From: Candidatus Omnitrophota bacterium | Lineage (GTDB): Bacteria > Omnitrophota > Omnitrophia > Omnitrophales > Aquincolibacteriaceae | NCBI GenBank assembly: GCA_043803685.1 | Contig: JAZDJU010000016.1 | Location: 1-22,373, forward strand | Reading direction: 5' to 3' | Length of the DNA stretch: 22,373 bases | Shown here: positions 18,568-22,373 of the stretch, one piece after another | Numbering within the stretch: the stretch's first letter is position 1 | Layout: every line of letters starts with the position of its first letter | Notes under the pieces: model-generated | What the model was told of the DNA's origin: nothing | What the model saw: the letters and a program-made list of their open reading frames with translations, nothing else | Databases searched by the model: none | Program-made: the position numbers and the translations under genes

Positions 18568-19776
18568 TCATTTTCCTGGTTTCTCAAGCAAATGTCCGTT
18601 CTTCAGGAAAGAATAAATATAGCGGGCAATTAGCTTATTCGCTTCGGAGCTATAATGCGCTAGTGTCCATTTCTTAATTTCCTCTTTGTTATCAACAATG
18701 GCTCTAAGCGGGATCCATAAATCGATATATCGATATCCTTTACGATTAAGATGTTCGATTAAGGGCCCGTAAGAAACCTTGCCCTTCGCAAGCCCTTCAA
18801 GGTCAAACTTCGATGGAAAGAGAACAATAATTGGCATCGAGGCGTTTGATTCTGCCAGCCGATAAAACTCATCCATTAGCCTCGTTGTTACTCTGTATGC
18901 TTCGCTGGATGTGTTGTAAATCCCATTATTAAGAATCTCATCCTTTTGAGCTCTATTCCAAACTATGCTTGGAAACAACGTCATCAATCGAACGATAGCC
19001 AGAAAATCACCCGCCGTCCTCGCGTATCCAGACCTCGCATAATAATCATTGGCTTTGAGCTTTTCAAACAACTCCTGGTCATCACACAGCAATCTTGTTA
19101 AATCATGTTGTGTCGAAATGGGGTTCCGCAGAAGGGTCAACTGATCCGCTTGCAAAACAAATCGCGGTTTAGCCAAAGGAATGCTTGTTTTTTTGAAATA
19201 GAATGGTTTGAATGTAGTTACCATTCGATTTATGTTTTCGGACATAAAGCCTATAAGAACAATTCGCGGATGAAAGCCGGCCCCCTTTTTTTTGTAGCGC
19301 AAAAAGGCCTGGTCCAATCCGTATCCACCAACCCCAAAGTTGAGAACTTCAAGCCGCTGATCGATTAATTCCAATTGAGATTCCCATGTTTCTGGATTAG
19401 AAACATCATCGCAGTGGGTGAACGAATCTCCGAATGCCGCAATGCGAATACGTCCCGGCGGAGGCGCGGTCGAATAATCGCGGTCGGCTCGAAAACCTTC
19501 TGCGTTTGATCGATACAAGTGATTCTTCGACTCGCTATTAGGCCTGATGGTCCATCCTAATGTTGGATCGAATTTGTAATAGGTTGAAGATCCTTCCAAA
19601 AGCTTTCGGAGTATCTGCTTGTGCTGTTGGGATATGGGGAAGGCTGGCTGATAATCAATATTGCGAATTTTTTTAAGAAAGAATAAACTCCCTGCTGACA
19701 ATAGCTCGACGCTAAGAAACATGAGCATAAAAAATAAAGCGTGAAATAATACGCCCTTCCTTCGACTTACCACCAC
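18568..19776 (-). CDS. Membrane-anchored SGNH/GDSL hydrolase
   Basis: FDPTLGW, SNAEGFR, IAAFGDSFT, VLNFGVGGYGLDQA, KPRF, LAHYS. Visibly more AT-rich than the core genes. Confidence 0.9.
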   Translation of the reverse strand: MVVSRRKGVLFHALFFMLMFLSVELLSAGSLFFLKKIRNIDYQPAFPISQQHKQILRKLLEGSSTYYKFDPTLGWTIRPNSESKNHLYRSNAEGFRADRDYSTAPPPGRIRIAAFGDSFTHCDDVSNPETWESQLELIDQRLEVLNFGVGGYGLDQAFLRYKKKGAGFHPRIVLIGFMSENINRMVTTFKPFYFKKTSIPLAKPRFVLQADQLTLLRNPISTQHDLTRLLCDDQELFEKLKANDYYARSGYARTAGDFLAIVRLMTLFPSIVWNRAQKDEILNNGIYNTSSEAYRVTTRLMDEFYRLAESNASMPIIVLFPSKFDLEGLAKGKVSYGPLIEHLNRKGYRYIDLWIPLRAIVDNKEEIKKWTLAHYSSEANKLIARYIYSFLKNGHLLEKPGK

Positions 19777-19879
19777 GCCCCCATACTCTCTTTTTTGTCA
19801 CCATATTATTTTAGAACACATAATATTATCACAATTATCGGCCCAGGTTGGCATCGTTAAAAGATGGTTCGTTCTTGCC

Positions 19880-20130
19880 AGCCCATGGTACCCGTAGGAA
19901 TAAACGCAGAAAACTCCTAGGGTATATAGAGCCCCACTCTTGTTGAAGAGCTTATGGAATGCGGGATTTCGCGGGCGCCACACTAACCATGGTAACCGGA
20001 TAGCAATTCCTTGTTTGGTCCCAATGCTTATCAATTTCCACTTGTTGAAATTGGGACCGTCCAGGTTACCCCTTCAGGAAATGAAACTATGCCTGGGCGG
20101 AAGCTGTTCAATGCAGGAGTTTGGCTAGGC
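19880..20130 (-). pseudogene. Frameshifted remnant of an unknown protein (copy 2)
   Basis: QTRNCYP/LPWLVWRPRNPAFHKLFNKSG/LY, homologous to copy 1. Boundaries approximate. Confidence 0.55.
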
Positions 20131-20216
20131 CGTGGTATGGGTGATGTGGCTTTTGTGATTGGACGAACTTTTGCTGAACCATAGCAGCCTCGCTATGTTG
20201 GGCTCTTGGCTTTTTT

Positions 20217-21692
20217 TTAGGGTTTTGGGCGACGCATCTCCCGGGGAACCTCGACTAGCTGTTCTGGCATCGGGATCATTTTTTCCAGGAGTATCTCCCC
20301 GAGCTTTTGCTTCTGATTCTTGGGCAAGGTAAAGAAAAAGGTAGAGCCTTTATCGGGTTCGCTTTCGACCCCCATACGCCCCCCATGAGCTTCGATAATG
20401 CTTTGAGAAATCACCAGGCCGAGCCCCGACCCTTTTTCGGTTGGCGCGGTGGACTTGCCAAACTGCTCGAACTTGCTGAACAACCTAGAAAGATTCTCTC
20501 GGGAGATACCTCGCCCGGTATCCTTGACGGCACACCGGACTTCTTCGCCAAGATCTCTCACCTCGACCGTAATACTGCCTTTTTCTGTAAATTTAAATGC
20601 GTTACTCAGCAAATTAATCATCACTTGCGAAAGCTTGTCAAAGTCGCCGGAGATCTCGACCCTTTCTTCGGGAGGAAAATCCTCCGAAACGGTCAGTCCC
20701 TTATTACGAGCACGGAGCGCGATCCCTTCGCATGACTGCCTCACTAAGGATAAAAGATCCATCTTTTCGAAATTCAACACAATTTTGCCGGCTTCGATCT
20801 TGGCGAGATCTAAAAGATCCGTGGTGACATGGATCAGCCGTTCGGAGGTCTGTTTGACCATGGCCAAGTAAGGCTTCTGCTCTTCCACGACCGGACCCGC
20901 CAAACCCTCCAGGATGATCGCCGCCGCTTCCCTCAACACGCTAAGAGGATTCCGTAATTCATGCGCTACAGTCGAGACAAAATTATTTTTAAGACGATTC
21001 AATCTTTCCAGCTCCAGCGCTTGTCGCTCAAGCGAGGTCATCATCCTTATAAGCTGAGAAATCGAGGGGCGAAACACGAGAAGAAACTCCATCAACAAGA
21101 CCAGCAATCCGGCCGCAAGAATGATCCATTCCAAAATCCGCATCCATTCGATCCGCTCCTTGGCCTCCTTATCGAATAGAAAGGTGGTCTTGTCCATCAG
21201 CTCTAGAAAGCGCGGCTCGTTGCGCAGCATCACCTCAACTGTGGCGGGGATGCTACCCGGATCAAGCGCTCCCTCCTTCACTTGCACCAGAAGGTCTCTC
21301 AGGGAATGCGCCATGGCGACGTAGAAAGGGTCCATCTCTGCGAACAACGCCGCGACCTCCCTGGAGTTCCGCCGCGCTAACAAACCCACTTGCTCATCAC
21401 CGTGTTGCAGACCCAGGTGTGCCTCATTCCACGCTTCGAGCGAGTCGGAGATCTCGTTGAGCCAGTTCCTCCGCGCCTCACCCTCCGCCGTGCCATTCAA
21501 GGCCAGAACGCACTTGGTCAAGCGCTGGCTCAGCATCCGCTGCCGGCCGGAGAGATTAATGCGCCGCGAATCACTAGTGTTGTGCTGGATGGCATGCTGC
21601 ATCACAAGGAAAGAGGACAACATCGTGAGGGCAATGAGCGCCAGAGCGATCCCGTAGATCACCTTCAAGCGCTGCAAACGAACTTCTTTCAC
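20217..21692 (-). CDS. Sensor histidine kinase with PilJ/NarX-like periplasmic domain
   Basis: TM, INLSGRQRMLSQR, TM, H-box AHELRNPL, N-box NLLSNAFKFT, DTGRGI, GSGLGL, GSTF. C-terminal KLGEILLE tail. Confidence 0.93.
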   Translation of the reverse strand: MKEVRLQRLKVIYGIALALIALTMLSSFLVMQHAIQHNTSDSRRINLSGRQRMLSQRLTKCVLALNGTAEGEARRNWLNEISDSLEAWNEAHLGLQHGDEQVGLLARRNSREVAALFAEMDPFYVAMAHSLRDLLVQVKEGALDPGSIPATVEVMLRNEPRFLELMDKTTFLFDKEAKERIEWMRILEWIILAAGLLVLLMEFLLVFRPSISQLIRMMTSLERQALELERLNRLKNNFVSTVAHELRNPLSVLREAAAIILEGLAGPVVEEQKPYLAMVKQTSERLIHVTTDLLDLAKIEAGKIVLNFEKMDLLSLVRQSCEGIALRARNKGLTVSEDFPPEERVEISGDFDKLSQVMINLLSNAFKFTEKGSITVEVRDLGEEVRCAVKDTGRGISRENLSRLFSKFEQFGKSTAPTEKGSGLGLVISQSIIEAHGGRMGVESEPDKGSTFFFTLPKNQKQKLGEILLEKMIPMPEQLVEVPREMRRPKP

Positions 21693-22121
21693 GAATTAAC
21701 TAGGCTCATCATAGCACTTTTTCCTTTTCGGCAAGAAAACGCGTCCATGCGTTCGGATTTCGAAATGGAAGTTTTTATATCGTCTTGTTTTTGAAAACAC
21801 GATTCCGAAAGTTAAGTTCGCGAGCAACTCGCAGCTCAATCACCGTTGAGATTGTAGGGTCTGCGTCTTCCTCGGGTCAATCGTTCTCTTCTTCACCTTC
21901 TTTTCCTGAACCTCTGGATAAAGCGTCCTCCCTCCGTCAGAGATATAGCCCGGTGAGGGGGAAGATAAATCCCGGGTCTAAACCTTAACGCCCGCCACCC
22001 CTTCCCATCTGATGGTTACGGCCGGCGCAAAGTCGGGATATTCATCCAAGGGAACGAACAGAAGGACTGAGTCTCTGGATGCGCCGCAGGACAGACTCCG
22101 TTATTCCAGACATGACGTCGA

Positions 22122-22373
22122 TCACAGGTTCTTTGTTCTCAGGGAATAAATAAATAATTCGATGAGTTGGCGGAGCGGCAAAATACGCGCCAATTTTTTG
22201 AGTCTTCGAAATTTCAGGTAAAAGTTTTTATGGATCTGCTTAATGAGCCGCTCCATCTGTTCATCGCTAACACCTGAAGGCTTAAATTTCGGCACGTCGA
22301 AAAAACACCCTTTTTCTTGGCCAAACACGGCCTCATCATCAGCGCCCACTAAATCATAGAGGGGCGTTCCCGG
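22122..22373 (-). CDS. C-terminus of a probable (B12-binding) radical SAM protein (partial)
   Basis: Open frame from the window edge begins PGTPLYD... and contains a ...KNFYLK helix, typical of this family's C-terminus. Confidence 0.6.
   Translation of the reverse strand, partial: PGTPLYDLVGADDEAVFGQEKGCFFDVPKFKPSGVSDEQMERLIKQIHKNFYLKFRRLKKLARILPLRQLIELFIYSLRTKNL

Noticed and set aside
18299..20017. DGR template/variable repeat pair (also considered for the comM duplicate)
   Set aside because: Differences are not adenine-specific, are biased to codon third positions, and no reverse transcriptase is present.
21800..22120. Possible coding remnant between the radical SAM gene and the kinase
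   Set aside because: Short open frames with no supported start and no recognisable motif.

Overview
Bacterial chromosomal window, probably PVC superphylum. The 16S carries exact Pla46F and EUB338-II signatures, and Ca. Omnitrophota/OP3 is my inference. The left end is a minus-strand rrn operon (16S, tRNA-Ile, tRNA-Ala, 5' end of 23S) with a textbook rrn P1-type promoter. The core region holds a zf-TFIIB protein, glmS, a HAMP membrane protein, a GH144-like glucanase, accA, a LysM L,D-transpeptidase, a DUF212/PAP2 protein and comM/yifB. It also holds a stand-alone sigma-28 module with no flagellar genes in the window: TPR lipoprotein > mini-MerR > FliA/WhiG-like sigma > FlgM-like anti-sigma, the last with its own sigma-28 promoter. 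Downstream of comM is an accessory region: a REP-flanked RAYT transposase, an aldo/keto reductase pseudogene, three SGNH hydrolases, two paralogous unknown pseudogene fragments and a displaced, synonymously diverged second copy of the comM 3' end, with no integrase. It ends with an orphan PilJ/NarX-like histidine kinase carrying a degenerate MshEN-like tail and the C-terminus of a radical SAM protein. All calls were made by eye, without database searches.
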